Assembly (NCBI GenBank): GCA_963702845.1 | Contig: OY969763.1 | Coordinates: 1,248,001-1,312,000, forward strand | DNA from: an uncultured Verrucomicrobiae bacterium | GTDB taxonomy: Bacteria > Verrucomicrobiota > Verrucomicrobiia > Limisphaerales > Palsa-1400 | DNA: 64,000 bases | Direction of reading: 5' to 3' | Notes under the pieces: generated by a model | What the model was told of the DNA's origin: nothing | Database searches by the model: none | Seen by the model: only the letters and a program-made list of their open reading frames with translations | Position numbers and translations under genes: made by a program | Shown: one piece after another, positions 21,676 through 32,763 of the stretch | Numbering within the stretch: position 1 is the first letter of the stretch | Layout of the letters: the number at the start of each line of letters is the position of its first letter

Positions 21676-23579
21676 ATGAAACAAAAGAATTTCGAGACAG
21701 TTCTGTATTCAACAGCCGGCGTGCTCGCGATGTTCGTCGTGCTGCTGGCCTTCTACGTCATCACTGGCGCTGTTAAAGACGCGCGTCGATTTGACCGCTG
21801 ACAAGGTCTACACCTTATCGCCCGGCACGAAGAAAATCCTGAGCAGACTGGATACGCCGGTAACGATTCGCTTCTATTCAACGCAGAGCGACAACAACCC
21901 GCAGCTCGTCCCGCTAAAGGCCTATGGCCAACGCATCGACGATTTACTCAGCGAATACAAGCAAGCGTCACACGGCAAAATCAAAGTCGAGAAATACGAT
22001 CCCACGCCGGATTCCGACGCTGAAGACCAGGCGCATTTGAACGGCATCGACGGTCAACCGACCTCACCGATGGGCGGCGATAAATTCTACATGGGCATCG
22101 CTGTCAGCATGCTTGATGAAAAGGTCGCGATTCCGTGGCTCTCACCTGACCGCGAAAAATTGCTCGAATACGACATCACTCGCGCCGTCGCACGCGTGAT
22201 CAATCCGAAGCCCGCCACGGTTGGCGTCATGAGCGCACTGCCTGTGTTTGGCAATCAAATGCCGCCGCAATTGGCACAGCGCATGGGCCGCCAGAATCAG
22301 GACCCGTATATTTTCCTCAGCGAATTGAAAAAGGACTTCACAGTTAAAGAAGTTCCGATGACCACCGAGAAAATTGATGAAGACATCAATGTTCTCGTCG
22401 TAGTGCATCCGCGCGACATCAGCGAAACGGCACAATACGCAATCGACCAGTTCGTTCTGCGCGGCGGCCATTTGCTCGCGTTCCTTGATCCACACGCCTA
22501 CTTCGACCAAAAGCAGGATCAGATGTCGCAAGTAATCGGCGAAAGCTCTGGCCAATCGAGCATGGACAAATTGCTGCGGGGTCATGGGGACTCGAAATGG
22601 ACATAAACAAAGTCGCCGCCGACATGACCTATTGGCAATACGCGCGGTCAAGTCGATGCCGACAGTGTTGATGCTGCCGAAGAACGGGCATTAACCAAGA
22701 TGATACCGCGACCAGCCAGGCCGATTCACTAGTCATGGCATTCCCAGGCGCCTTCACCGGCAAACCGGCTCGATGGCTTGAAAGAAACTGTATTGCTGCA
22801 CACCTCGCCACGTTCCCAACTCGTTGATGGCGTCATGTCCAGCATCGGCGGCGACCAACATCATGAAAGATTTCAAGGAATCGAACATCAACTATGCGTT
22901 GGCCGTTCGATTGACCGGCAAATTCAAGACAGCCTTCCCTGGCGGCAAGCCGAAGAAAGCCGACGACAAGGACGATAAAGATAAGCCGGCCGACACAGAC
23001 AAGGGCCTTAAAGAAGCGACCAAAGAAGGCGCGGTCATTCTCGTCGCCGACTCAGACATGTTGAACGACCAAGTGTGCGCGCAAGTGCAGGACATCATGG
23101 GTTACAAGCTGGTCCAGCCGAAGAACGGCAACCTCGCCCTCGTGCAAAGTTTCGTGGAAAACCTCAGCTGGCGACAGCGACCTGATTTCCATGCGCAGTC
23201 GCGCCAGCGTGACGCGTCCGTTCACAAAGCTCCAGGACATGGAAGCTCAAGCCAATCAGAAATGGCAGGCGAAGCTGAAAGAGATGGAGGAAAAGAAACA
23301 GGAAACCGAACGCAAGATCAGCGAACTGCAACAGAAGAAGGAAGGCGCGCAGCAGAAATTTATTCTCTCGCCTGAGCAACAGAAGGAATTGGAAAACTTC
23401 CGCAAAGCGAATGTGGAAATCAACACGCAATTGAAACAGCTCCGTAAAGATCTGCGCCGCGACACCGACACCCTGCAGTTCCGCACCAAGATGGCGAACA
23501 TCTTCGCCATGCCGGTGGTCGTCGCATCGCTGGTGTAGCCCTCGCCTTAGTGAAACGCAAAAAAACAGCCGCGAAGTAA
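21676..23579 (+). pseudogene. GldG-family ABC auxiliary protein, multiply frameshifted (probably assembly errors)
   Basis: DLTADKVYTLS, LEYDIT, YAIDQFVLRGG, VILVADSDML and a C-terminal coiled coil spread over successive frames. Confidence 0.8.
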
Positions 23580-23633
23580 CCAATTCGAAATCTGGTTTGA
23601 AATTTGAAATCTGAAATCTGAGATCACACTCCC

Positions 23634-24848
23634 ATGAATCGTAAACAACTCAGCATTCTTGTGGTTCTCGCTGTCATCATTGGCGGCGCAGGTATCTGGG
23701 CATTAAAAAGCCGCGACCAATCGTGGACCGAATCCTCGACCGCAATTGGCCAAAAACTAATGCCGGAATCTGCCGGTGAATGACGTCACCCAAATCCACA
23801 TCAAAGGTTCCAGCGAATTGAACCTCGTCAAAAAAGACGATAGCTGGCGCGTTGCGGAACGTGGCGATTATCCCGCTAACTATTCAGAAATCAGCGATTT
23901 CATTTTGAAATCGGCTGACCTGAAAGTTGTGCAAGCCGAACCAATCGGCGCTTCACAGTTGGCTCGCATGGAACTTGAAGAGCCCGGCAAAAGCGGTGGC
24001 AACAGCGCAACCTTGCTCGAATTCAAAGGCGCAGGGGGCAAGTCGCTCCAATCTGTGCTCGTCGGCAAAAAACATGCGCGCAAATCCGACCGCCCATCGC
24101 CCTACGGCATGGCTGATATGGCCGATGGCCGTTACGTCATGCGCGCAAACGACACGAAGAATGTGCTGTTGATTTCCGATCCCTTGACCAGCGTCGAGCC
24201 CAATGCCGACCATTGGTTGAACAAGGACTTCTTCAAGGTCGAGAAGGTCAAGAGCATCGCCTACAATTCAACCAACGCGCAAGCTCATGGAAAGTGACTC
24301 GCGACACCGAAGCTGGTGCGTGGAAATTGGTGGATGCCAAAGTCGGTGAAGTGCTCGACACCAACAAAGTGTCTTCGCTCGGCAGCACGCTCGGTGCTCC
24401 TGGCTTTGTCGATGTGTCGACGAATTCCGCGACCGATGCTGGTCTCGATAAGCCCGTCACGCTCGCGCTGGAGACATTCGACAACTTCACTTACACCATC
24501 AAGCTCGGCAAAGTGACGCCCGAGAATAATTACTACACGCAAGTTTCAGTCACCGCCAATCTCCCGAAAGAACGCACGCCGGGTAAGGACGAGAAGCCTG
24601 AAGACAAGGCGAAGCTCGACAAGGAATTCGCGGACAAAAATAAACCGCTCCAGGAAAAACTGGCGAACGAGCAGAAGCTCGACAAATGGACTTACGTCGT
24701 TGCGTCGTACACAGTCGATCCGCTCGTGCGCAATCGCGCCGATCTTCTCGAAGTGAAAAAGGAAGAGAACAAGGCGACCGCAACGACGAACAAAACCGTC
24801 ACCGTCACATCGCCTGTCGTTAAGCCGACCAAAACCGCCGCGAAGTAA
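23634..24848 (+). pseudogene. DUF4340-like membrane-anchored protein, with frameshifts near 23766 and 24280
   Basis: MNRKQL plus TM helix at 23634, continued by ORFs 23776..24297 and 24213..24848; usual position after GldG. Confidence 0.72.
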
Positions 24849-24931
24849 GCAGAGCCGCGCAGGTCAGCAAGCGGTTTGAAGGATTACATTACGATGCGTA
24901 AAGCCGCTTGCTCAAACCCGTGTCTCTGATA

Positions 24932-24967
24932 TTGTGTCAACCATGACATCAACAATGGTTGACGCAA
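24932..24967. promoter_or_regulatory. BirA operator-like palindrome
   Basis: TTGTGTCAACCAT-N10-ATGGTTGACGCAA (12/13 arm match), i.e. TGTCAACC-N14-GGTTGAC, at the bioB start. Fits the known BirA consensus TGTaAACC-N14/16-GGTTtACA. Confidence 0.75.
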
Positions 24968-25994
24968 AACCAGTCATGTCCAACCACGAGCGCATCGCCG
25001 CTCTCACTCGCGCTGCCCTGAACGGTGAGCGGATTTCCCGTGAAGAAGCCAGTGGTGTTTCGAGCTTACGAACACCGCCGACATTTTCGATTTGATGGCC
25101 GGCGCCAATCGCATCCGCGAGCACTATAAGGGTAACAAGATCCACCTTTGCTCAATCGTGAACGCGAAAGCCGGTTCGTGCTCCGAGAATTGCAGCTTTT
25201 GCGCCCAATCATCGTTTCACCAAACCGGTTCACCGAAGTATGGCTTCGTGGATCCCGAACCCGTTTTGGAAGCGGCTGACGAAGCGAATCGCAACTCTGT
25301 CACTGCCGTCGGCCTCGTCGCTGCATGGCGGGGACTTAAAGAAGGCCCGATGCTCGATGAAGTTTGCGATCGCATCCGTGACCTTGCAAAAAGCGGCAAG
25401 ACCCGTCCCGACGCATCACTTGGTTTGATCAAAAGCCAAAACGTCGCCGATCGGCTCAAAGAAGCCGGCCTCGAATGTTACGGCCACAATCTCGAAAGCT
25501 CGCGCCGATTTTTTCCGACCCATTGCACCACGCACAGTTTCGAGGACCGTTTGGAAACAATCGGTTACCTGAAGAAAGCCGGCATCAAAATTTGCTCTGG
25601 CGGAATTATCGGTATGGGCGAGACACGCGAAGATCGTCTCGAACTCGCGATGTCGTTGCGCGAAATCGGCGCGAACGTTGTCCCGATCAACATTCTCAAT
25701 CCCATCAAAGGCACGCCGCTCGAAAACGTCCCGCCGGTTCCTCCAATGGAAATTCTTAAAACGATCGCCTGCTTCCGTTTCATTTTGCCGAAACAGGAAA
25801 TCATGGTTGCCGGTGGTCGCACCGTGAACCTGCGCGATATGCAAAGCATGGTCTTCACCGCTGGCGCGAGCGCGTTGATGGTCGGCAACTATCTGACCAC
25901 GCTTAATCAGTCCGTCGAAAAAGACCTGCAGATGCTCAAAGACCTGGGTCTCGATCCCGATTGGGAAAATCACGACTTCGTCGACCAACAATAA
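24943..25994 (+). CDS. bioB: Biotin synthase (one apparent 1-bp deletion near 25050)
   Basis: CSENCSFC radical SAM motif, HNLESS, CSGGIIGMGET, VPINIL and GNYLTT. The N-terminus lies in another frame upstream of about 25050. Confidence 0.93.
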
Positions 25995-26001
25995 TCGGGT
26001 G

Positions 26002-26023
26002 GGGACGACTTCCACGTCGTCCC
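26002..26023. repeat. REP-like or terminator hairpin after bioB
   Basis: GGGACGAC-ttccac-GTCGTCCC, perfect 8-bp stem. Confidence 0.55.
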
Positions 26024-26104
26024 AAACTTTCTGCAGTCTTACGACATCCTTAGTGCGCATAGAGCACATCTTGCGCACCCCGCGCTGGGAGGTAAGATTT
26101 CAAT

Positions 26105-26887
26105 GTGCAGCGGCTCGGCAAAAACATCGGACGTTATCTTGGTGAATCGATAGACATCGACGGCGTCCTCCAGCAAATCGATCGGGCGATTGCCGACAAA
26201 GGTTGGCACAACGACCGCATTCGTCTGCAAACCACTTCCGGCTCGCGCACGTTGGAGTTCATTGCATATCGACTCGGTGTTACAAATCCGCGGAATCGCA
26301 TCTATATATCCACCGGCATTCACGGTGATGAACCTGCTGGCCCGCTCACAGTCCTGCAATTGCTGCGCGAAAACAATTGGCCGAAGGACGCCGCCATCTG
26401 GTTGTGCCCGTGTTTGAACCTCACCGGTTTTCCGAACAATCGCCGTGAAAACTACGCGGGCGTTGATCTCAATCGCGATTATCGCCAGCCGCAAACGGAG
26501 GAAATCCGCACCCACGTGAGTTGGTTGGGCGAACAGCCGACTTTCGACATCACCCTGTGCTTGCACGAAGATTGGGAATCGCAGGGATTTTATTTGTTCG
26601 AACAGAATCCCGATCATAAAGGTTCCTTCGGCGAGAAAATCATCGCAGCCGTCGAAGAAGTTTGCCCGATTGATCGCTCCGAAAACATCGAAGGCTGGCC
26701 TGCCAAGGGAGGAATCATTAGTCCCGGCGTCAACCCCGACGAACGCCCGCAATGGCCCGAATCGATTTACCTCATCAAAAACAAGACGCGACTGGCCTAC
26801 ACTTTGGAAGCGCCATCGGATTTTCCGCTCAACGTGCGCGTGGCTTCTCTAGTCGCCGCGGTCCGCTGCGTTCTTAAAACAATTTGA
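26105..26887 (+). CDS. M14-family zinc carboxypeptidase/desuccinylase-like protein
   Basis: GIHGDEPAG, NRREN, DLNRD and LHED motifs. Confidence 0.88.
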   Translation: MQRLGKNIGRYLGESIDIDGVLQQIDRAIADKGWHNDRIRLQTTSGSRTLEFIAYRLGVTNPRNRIYISTGIHGDEPAGPLTVLQLLRENNWPKDAAIWLCPCLNLTGFPNNRRENYAGVDLNRDYRQPQTEEIRTHVSWLGEQPTFDITLCLHEDWESQGFYLFEQNPDHKGSFGEKIIAAVEEVCPIDRSENIEGWPAKGGIISPGVNPDERPQWPESIYLIKNKTRLAYTLEAPSDFPLNVRVASLVAAVRCVLKTI

Positions 26888-27165
26888 ACGATGACGAACC
26901 AATTCAGCTACCGATCGATGGCGTGCTCGATTTGCACACGTTCCGCCCGAAGGAAATTGGCGACCTCGTTCCAGATTATCTCGCCGAGTGTCAGCAAGCC
27001 GGAATCCTCGAAGTCCGCATCATTCACGGAAAAGGCATCGGCAATCTGCAACGTTCAGTGCATGCCATCCTGTCGCGCCATCCGACCGTAGAACGATTCG
27101 CCACCGCAAGCGTCACCTACGGCGGCACCGGCGCAACGATTGTGGCGTTGCGTTCCAAATCGTAA
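26884..27165 (+). CDS. Smr/MutS2 C-terminal domain protein
   Basis: LDLHTF, IIHGKG and GGTGAT motifs. Confidence 0.9.
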   Translation: MNDDEPIQLPIDGVLDLHTFRPKEIGDLVPDYLAECQQAGILEVRIIHGKGIGNLQRSVHAILSRHPTVERFATASVTYGGTGATIVALRSKS

Positions 27166-27232
27166 TCGTCCTTCCCAAAAACACTTTGCTTTATCAGGGT
27201 AGGGGACTATAACTCCCGCACGCCAAGACAAT

Positions 27233-29419
27233 ATGGTTGCCAAGCAGGTTACGTGCATTCGCCAGGGACTACGCAGGCTCGCGCTGTGCGTTTTGACGCT
27301 TGGTTTATTTCTCCCGGTTTTTTCCAAGGCCAACGTTCGTTTTGACGCCTTCGTCGGCTACGACGGACTGGTGCCGACCTGCGCATGGTTCCCGATTACG
27401 TGCGAGTTGCAAAACGACGGCCCCGGGTTCACAGCCGACATCGAAATTTCCTCAGATCAACTCTCCGGCGGCTACAGCCGTCGTGTGCGGGTTGAACTGC
27501 CCACCGGCACGCAGAAGCGCATTTTCATTCCCGTGTTTGCCACGCACTCACGGTTTTGGTCCGCTCAATTAGTGCAAGGCCGAAAAGTCATCGCAGAACA
27601 ACCGATGCTCCGTCCGCGCAAAGGCAGTTTACCCGGCATGCCGATCGTCGCCGCGATTTCGCGAACCGTCGCGGGCGTGCCAACCTTCCCGCCGATTCAC
27701 TCCAACAATTCTGACCTTCAACCGGTCGCCGCGCGTTTGCAGCCGGAAATGTTTCCGGATAATCCACTCGCGCTCGAAGGCATTAATGTTGTTTACCTGA
27801 ACTCCGAAAAAGCCCTGGCCCTCGATGTTCCCCGCGCGCAGGCGTTGATGGCCTGGTTGCAACGCGGTGGACGACTCGTCGTTGCCGTCGAGCAGGCCTC
27901 GGATATCAACGGCAATCCATGGCTGCGCGATCTCATGCCGTGCAAATTTGAGGGTGCCGCGATGGTCAAAGATCACAGCGATCTCCAGGACTGGATTCAG
28001 GATGCGAGCCACGCGGTCAGAGTTGTGGATTCGCATACGATCAAGGAGAACGGGTTCAACGTCGGAGTGAAAAAAACGGTTCCGGTTTTCGCTAATGGAG
28101 ATATTCACGCAGACGACCATTTCGAAGCCGCACCATTGCCAATCGTCACCGCAAAGTTATTGGACGGTGTCGTGACCATTGGCTCCGCCGAAAATCCGCT
28201 GGCCATAGAAGCCGTGCGCGGCCGTGGCAAAATCACCGTGCTTACCTTCAGCCCTGAGCGCGAGCCGTTCCTGTCGTGGACAAATCGCGATTGGTTCTGG
28301 GTGCGCACGGCTCGTGCGTCCGACTCTCTTTTCAAAGCCGAGGAACTTCGGTCCGATTCCGGCGGACGCTTCAGCACCGATGGAATTTTCGGCGCGCTGA
28401 TCGACAGCAAACAAGTTCGCAAATTGCCGCTCGGTTGGTTGCTGTTGCTGCTCGGCGGTTACCTTGTTGTCATCGGTCCGCTCGACCACTATTGGCTCAA
28501 GAAAATCAATAAACAGATGCTGACCTGGATAACATTCCCGTGTTACGTCGTAATTTTTTCCGGTCTGATTTATCTCATCGGCTTCCATCTGCGCGCGGGT
28601 GATCTGGAACTGAACGAACTGAACATCGTCGACATTCTGCCGGACAACGAACAACACGCCGTGTTCCGCGGCCAAACTTATTTGTCCATCTACTCACCCG
28701 TCAACGCGCAGTATCCGATCGCCGGCAAGCAGACGTTCGCTTCATTCCGCGGTGAATACGGCGGCAATTACGGTGCTTCCACTGAACGCAGTCGTGCTAG
28801 CGTGCTTCAACACAGCGCCGGCTTCGAAGCGGAAGCGTATGTGCCGGTTTGGACCAGTCAGCTTTTTGTGAGCGACTGGCTCGAGCCGGGTAACGCTCCA
28901 TTATCCATGACAGCGACCGGCAAGGGGCCAACGTGGAGAGTGACGATCACCAACGAAGGTGACCGCGCGTTTCCAAACGCACACGTGGTCGTTGGCGGGC
29001 GCGTTCACGACATCGGTTCGCTGGCTGCTGGAAAAACCAAAACGTTCGAGTTGGACGATTCGCAAGGCACCCCGATCCAGCAATTCACGCAACGCTACGC
29101 CGACACGTTTCGTAACGCCGTTCAGCAACGCAACCAAAGCTTCGGCGGAAGCTCCGCCGCGATCGACAGTGTCCCCCGCGCCTGTGTCGCCGCTTCGTTC
29201 GCGAGCCAGGCGAATGCGGCGAATGTGGGCAATGCATATAACAACTTCAGTCCAACCGATGGATTGGATTTGTCGGCGTTCGCCAACAACACAACGGCAA
29301 TTCTGTTTGCTTGGGACGAAGGCCATTCCTACACGCAGCCATTTAATCAGTTCAAAGCCGGACGAATGCATCGCAATACGATGCTGCGCCTCGTCCAACC
29401 CGTGAAAAACCAAATTTAA
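27233..29419 (+). CDS. Hypothetical membrane protein associated with an ABC transporter
   Basis: Signal peptide, two central TM helices (YLVVIGP...WITFP); 1 bp from the downstream ABC ATPase. Confidence 0.8.
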   Translation: MVAKQVTCIRQGLRRLALCVLTLGLFLPVFSKANVRFDAFVGYDGLVPTCAWFPITCELQNDGPGFTADIEISSDQLSGGYSRRVRVELPTGTQKRIFIPVFATHSRFWSAQLVQGRKVIAEQPMLRPRKGSLPGMPIVAAISRTVAGVPTFPPIHSNNSDLQPVAARLQPEMFPDNPLALEGINVVYLNSEKALALDVPRAQALMAWLQRGGRLVVAVEQASDINGNPWLRDLMPCKFEGAAMVKDHSDLQDWIQDASHAVRVVDSHTIKENGFNVGVKKTVPVFANGDIHADDHFEAAPLPIVTAKLLDGVVTIGSAENPLAIEAVRGRGKITVLTFSPEREPFLSWTNRDWFWVRTARASDSLFKAEELRSDSGGRFSTDGIFGALIDSKQVRKLPLGWLLLLLGGYLVVIGPLDHYWLKKINKQMLTWITFPCYVVIFSGLIYLIGFHLRAGDLELNELNIVDILPDNEQHAVFRGQTYLSIYSPVNAQYPIAGKQTFASFRGEYGGNYGASTERSRASVLQHSAGFEAEAYVPVWTSQLFVSDWLEPGNAPLSMTATGKGPTWRVTITNEGDRAFPNAHVVVGGRVHDIGSLAAGKTKTFELDDSQGTPIQQFTQRYADTFRNAVQQRNQSFGGSSAAIDSVPRACVAASFASQANAANVGNAYNNFSPTDGLDLSAFANNTTAILFAWDEGHSYTQPFNQFKAGRMHRNTMLRLVQPVKNQI

Positions 29420-29420
29420 C

Positions 29421-30368
29421 ATGGACGCTTCTACCATTCCTGCCGTTGAAACTATCGGTCTGACACGCCAGTACGGCGCCATGACCGCGCTGGATAATTT
29501 GAACCTGACCATCAACCGCGGCGACCTCTTCGGTTTCATCGGTTCGAACGGGGCAGGGAAGACAACGACCCTTCGTATCTTGGCGACCTTTCTCGCGCCG
29601 TCATCCGGCACCGCCAAAGTGCTCGGGCACGATGTCGTGAAAGATGCAGACGCCGTTCGTCATGTCATCGGTTACATGCCCGATTTCTTCGGTGTCTATA
29701 AAGACATGGAAGTCACCGAGTATCTCGATTTCTTCGGCGCCTGTTACAAAATTCCCACCGCGCAACGCGAGAAGACGGTTAACGACGTTCTCGAACTGGT
29801 CGGGCTCACCGAAAAACGCGGCGCGATCATCGGCGCTTTGAGCCGTGGTATGCAGCAACGTCTCGGCCTCGCTCGCGTGCTCATTCACGATCCCAAAGTT
29901 CTTTTGCTCGACGAACCGGCGAGCGGTCTCGACCCTCGCGCCCGCATCGAGATGATGGCCATTCTCGAAGAACTCAAGCGTCTTGGAAAAACCATCATCA
30001 TTTCATCCCACATCCTGAGCGAGCTGCAAAGCCTTTGTAATCGCGTCGCCATCATCGAACATGGCAAACTGATCTACAGCGGCCCCGTCCAAGGCGTCCG
30101 CGATCAAATGTCGACTGGCCTCATCTATTGGGTGACCGTTCGCGGCGATTCGGCCCCTGCGATTGAACTTTTGAAAGCATGCGCTGAAATCACCGACGCC
30201 GTTGCGGTCGATGGCCAAATCAAAGTCGCCTTCAAGAGCCACGACGTCGATCCAAGTTTTCTTCCCGAAACCCTCGTGCGCGGTGGCGTAAAATTCACCG
30301 GCCTCTGGGAAGACGAACTCGGCCTCGAAGAAGTGTTCTTGCGTGTCACCCGCGGCGAGACGCAGTAG
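29421..30368 (+). CDS. ABC transporter ATP-binding protein
   Basis: GSNGAGKT, LSRGM and LLLDEP. Confidence 0.94.
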   Translation: MDASTIPAVETIGLTRQYGAMTALDNLNLTINRGDLFGFIGSNGAGKTTTLRILATFLAPSSGTAKVLGHDVVKDADAVRHVIGYMPDFFGVYKDMEVTEYLDFFGACYKIPTAQREKTVNDVLELVGLTEKRGAIIGALSRGMQQRLGLARVLIHDPKVLLLDEPASGLDPRARIEMMAILEELKRLGKTIIISSHILSELQSLCNRVAIIEHGKLIYSGPVQGVRDQMSTGLIYWVTVRGDSAPAIELLKACAEITDAVAVDGQIKVAFKSHDVDPSFLPETLVRGGVKFTGLWEDELGLEEVFLRVTRGETQ

Positions 30369-30377
30369 TATTCCGCG

Positions 30378-31178
30378 ATGTCTCGAGTTCCAGACTATCA
30401 CATACACACGCCGCTGTGCCGGCACGCGAGTGGCGAGCCGACGGAATACGCTGCGCACGCGGTGGCGGTTGGCCTGACCGAAATCGGTTTTACAGACCAT
30501 TCACCGATGCGTCAGGACGATTTCGATAACTGGCGCATGCGTTTCGACCAGCTCGGTGAATACATCGAGAAAGTTGAAAAAGCGCGCAAGGACAATCCGC
30601 GTTTGCAGATCAAGATCGGGCTGGAAGTCGATTACTTGCCGGGTCACGAAGCTTGGATTCGCGAACTGGCGGCGTTTCACAACTGGGACTACTTCATCGG
30701 TTCCGTTCACTACATCTCCGACACCTGGGCCGTAGATAATCCGGAGCAGCTTTCCAAATGGAAAGAGCGCGACGCATTTGAAGTGTGGAGCATCTATTTT
30801 GATCGTTTGCGCATGGCCGCTGAAACGGGTTTGTTCGAAATTATTGGACACGCCGATCTGCCGAAAAAATTTCGCATCGTTCCGAAACAGAACTGTCGGC
30901 CACTGTTTGAAACATTCCTCGACGCGGTGCAGAAGACCGGGATTGCCATCGAACTCAACACCGCCGGCTTGCGCAAAGATTGCAAAGAAATCTATCCGAG
31001 CCGCGCCTTGCTCGAAATGGCTTTCGTTCGCAACGTGCCCATCACCTTTGGCTCCGACGCTCACGCGATAACGGAAGTTGGCGCTGATTTTGGAGCGGCC
31101 ATCGAACTGGCGCGTTCGGTCGGGTACACAAAATCAGTCCGGTTCGACCAACGTCAGCGCAGCGAATTAGCTTTGTAG
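30378..31178 (+). CDS. Histidinol-phosphatase, PHP (HisJ/HisK) family
   Basis: DYHIHT..CRHA, FTDH, GSVH, ELNTAG and FGSDAH. Confidence 0.9.
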   Translation: MSRVPDYHIHTPLCRHASGEPTEYAAHAVAVGLTEIGFTDHSPMRQDDFDNWRMRFDQLGEYIEKVEKARKDNPRLQIKIGLEVDYLPGHEAWIRELAAFHNWDYFIGSVHYISDTWAVDNPEQLSKWKERDAFEVWSIYFDRLRMAAETGLFEIIGHADLPKKFRIVPKQNCRPLFETFLDAVQKTGIAIELNTAGLRKDCKEIYPSRALLEMAFVRNVPITFGSDAHAITEVGADFGAAIELARSVGYTKSVRFDQRQRSELAL

Positions 31179-31235
31179 CAGTCGACTTGTAATTCCAGAC
31201 TAGTCACTCAGTAACCGTTGCGCTAACGTGCTCCA

Positions 31236-32168
31236 ATGGACGCGCTGCCCAAGCCAGAGGCTATTCTTACACACGAAAGCGATTTAGACGGTTTTGTTTC
31301 CGGACTGCTTCTGCAACGGTTGAGCAAACATCTGTTCGGCACCGATATTCCGCTCGAGGCTTATCACTACAATAGCTGGCGCATGCGCGAGATCCGCGAG
31401 AAATCCGGGTGGGTTTGCGATTTCAGTTTCGAGCCGCGCCTCGACAAGATGGACTGGGTCGTGATCGACCATCACGCCACTGAAGCGCAGCCGAAGAATG
31501 CCCGCCTGATTCACAATCTGCAAAAGTCCGCCAGCTTGCTCTGCTACGAACTCTGTCAGCATTATGGCCTCGGCTCACCCGAGTTGGATCGACTCGTTAA
31601 GATTACCAATGTCGGCGACTTGTTCCTCGAAGATGATCCCGATTTCATTCTTGCGAGCGATTACGGCAATCTAGTGAAGACTTACAATTTCTGGAATCTG
31701 CACGCCGTCATCGCCGGCAAACTCGAAGCGTTGCTCGATCATCCGCTGCTGCAGGTGATGGAAGTCAAACGCCGGATCGAAGACCCGATCGGATTTGAGT
31801 GGAGCAAACGCAACGTCATGGAATTGAGTCCGACTGTCGGTTACGTCGATACGGTCGTTGGCAACAATAACCTCATCGTCCACCAATTGCTTGATGGCAA
31901 AGCGATCAAATTCCCTGTCCTTCTGACGCTCTTTCGCAAAGGCAACAACACCGTCATCGTGAGCTTGCGCAGCCGCAATGGTGAGGCGCTGAAGATCGCC
32001 GAAAAACTGCAGGGTGGGGGACATGCGAATGCCTCTGGCGCGACGCTTCCAAAATCCGTTCGCACGATTCCTGATGCCATCGAATATTTGCGCCACGTGC
32101 TGAGCCCCGAGGCAAAATCCATTAATAGTTTGGAGAACGCCTTTGCCGCGTTGGAATTGAAGCAATAA
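31236..32168 (+). CDS. DHH/DHHA1 phosphoesterase
   Basis: HESDLDG, IDHH, SLRS and GGGHANASG. Confidence 0.88.
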   Translation: MDALPKPEAILTHESDLDGFVSGLLLQRLSKHLFGTDIPLEAYHYNSWRMREIREKSGWVCDFSFEPRLDKMDWVVIDHHATEAQPKNARLIHNLQKSASLLCYELCQHYGLGSPELDRLVKITNVGDLFLEDDPDFILASDYGNLVKTYNFWNLHAVIAGKLEALLDHPLLQVMEVKRRIEDPIGFEWSKRNVMELSPTVGYVDTVVGNNNLIVHQLLDGKAIKFPVLLTLFRKGNNTVIVSLRSRNGEALKIAEKLQGGGHANASGATLPKSVRTIPDAIEYLRHVLSPEAKSINSLENAFAALELKQ

Positions 32169-32247
32169 CAGGTCGGGCGAACCGCGCGCAACGGAAACGG
32201 CATTTCGAACGTGGCCGCAACATGACGCTCCTGACGGAGCTTTGCGT

Positions 32248-32607
32248 TCACTCAACCGCCAACACCTGTTCGAGCAGGTGCGGCAATTGCCCGAGAATGG
32301 CACTGCTGCTCGCCACCAGCGCAGCGCCTGCCTGTCGCGCCTTTTCCAACTCGGCCGCTTCCGAGAATGCCAACACCGGGATGTGTTGAGTTTTCGGGTT
32401 CGCTTTGATTTTGGAAATTGCGCCACAGATATCCGCCTGCTTCGATACTTCCGCCACAATCAGCATCGGTTTATCGCGATCGGCCGCGGTATCGAGCTCA
32501 CCTGGTTGGGTCGTTTGCACGGAATAGCCCAGGTCCAGCAGTCGATTGGCAATCTGACTGCCGGGCAACAGGTTCGAATAACAGACAAGCGCCAACGGTT
32601 TGCTCAT
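32248..32607 (-). CDS. Receiver-like (pseudo-receiver) domain protein
   Basis: CheY-like pattern (P.LIV.E, TQHIPVLAF, ARQAGA) without the phospho-Asp. Confidence 0.7.
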   Translation of the reverse strand: MSKPLALVCYSNLLPGSQIANRLLDLGYSVQTTQPGELDTAADRDKPMLIVAEVSKQADICGAISKIKANPKTQHIPVLAFSEAAELEKARQAGAALVASSSAILGQLPHLLEQVLAVE

Positions 32608-32763
32608 GGCGCGCTACACTGAAGGACGTGAGAAAAAATTGCAAGAGATGCGCTTGCAATCGTGCAAATTGTAAAAGATGCAAATTGTAAAACGGCATTG
32701 ACGATAACAGCGGAGACGGAGCACCCTGCCGCAGCCTAATAGCAATAAGCCGTTCGCAATGGC

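Noticed and set aside
19860..24848. Gliding motility machinery
   Set aside because: GldA/F/G-type ABC operons are widespread in non-gliding bacteria, and no gldK-N or spr genes are present.
21330..25055. Programmed frameshifting or phase variation
   Set aside because: Too many breaks, not at long homopolymers or slippery heptamers, and spread over unrelated genes.
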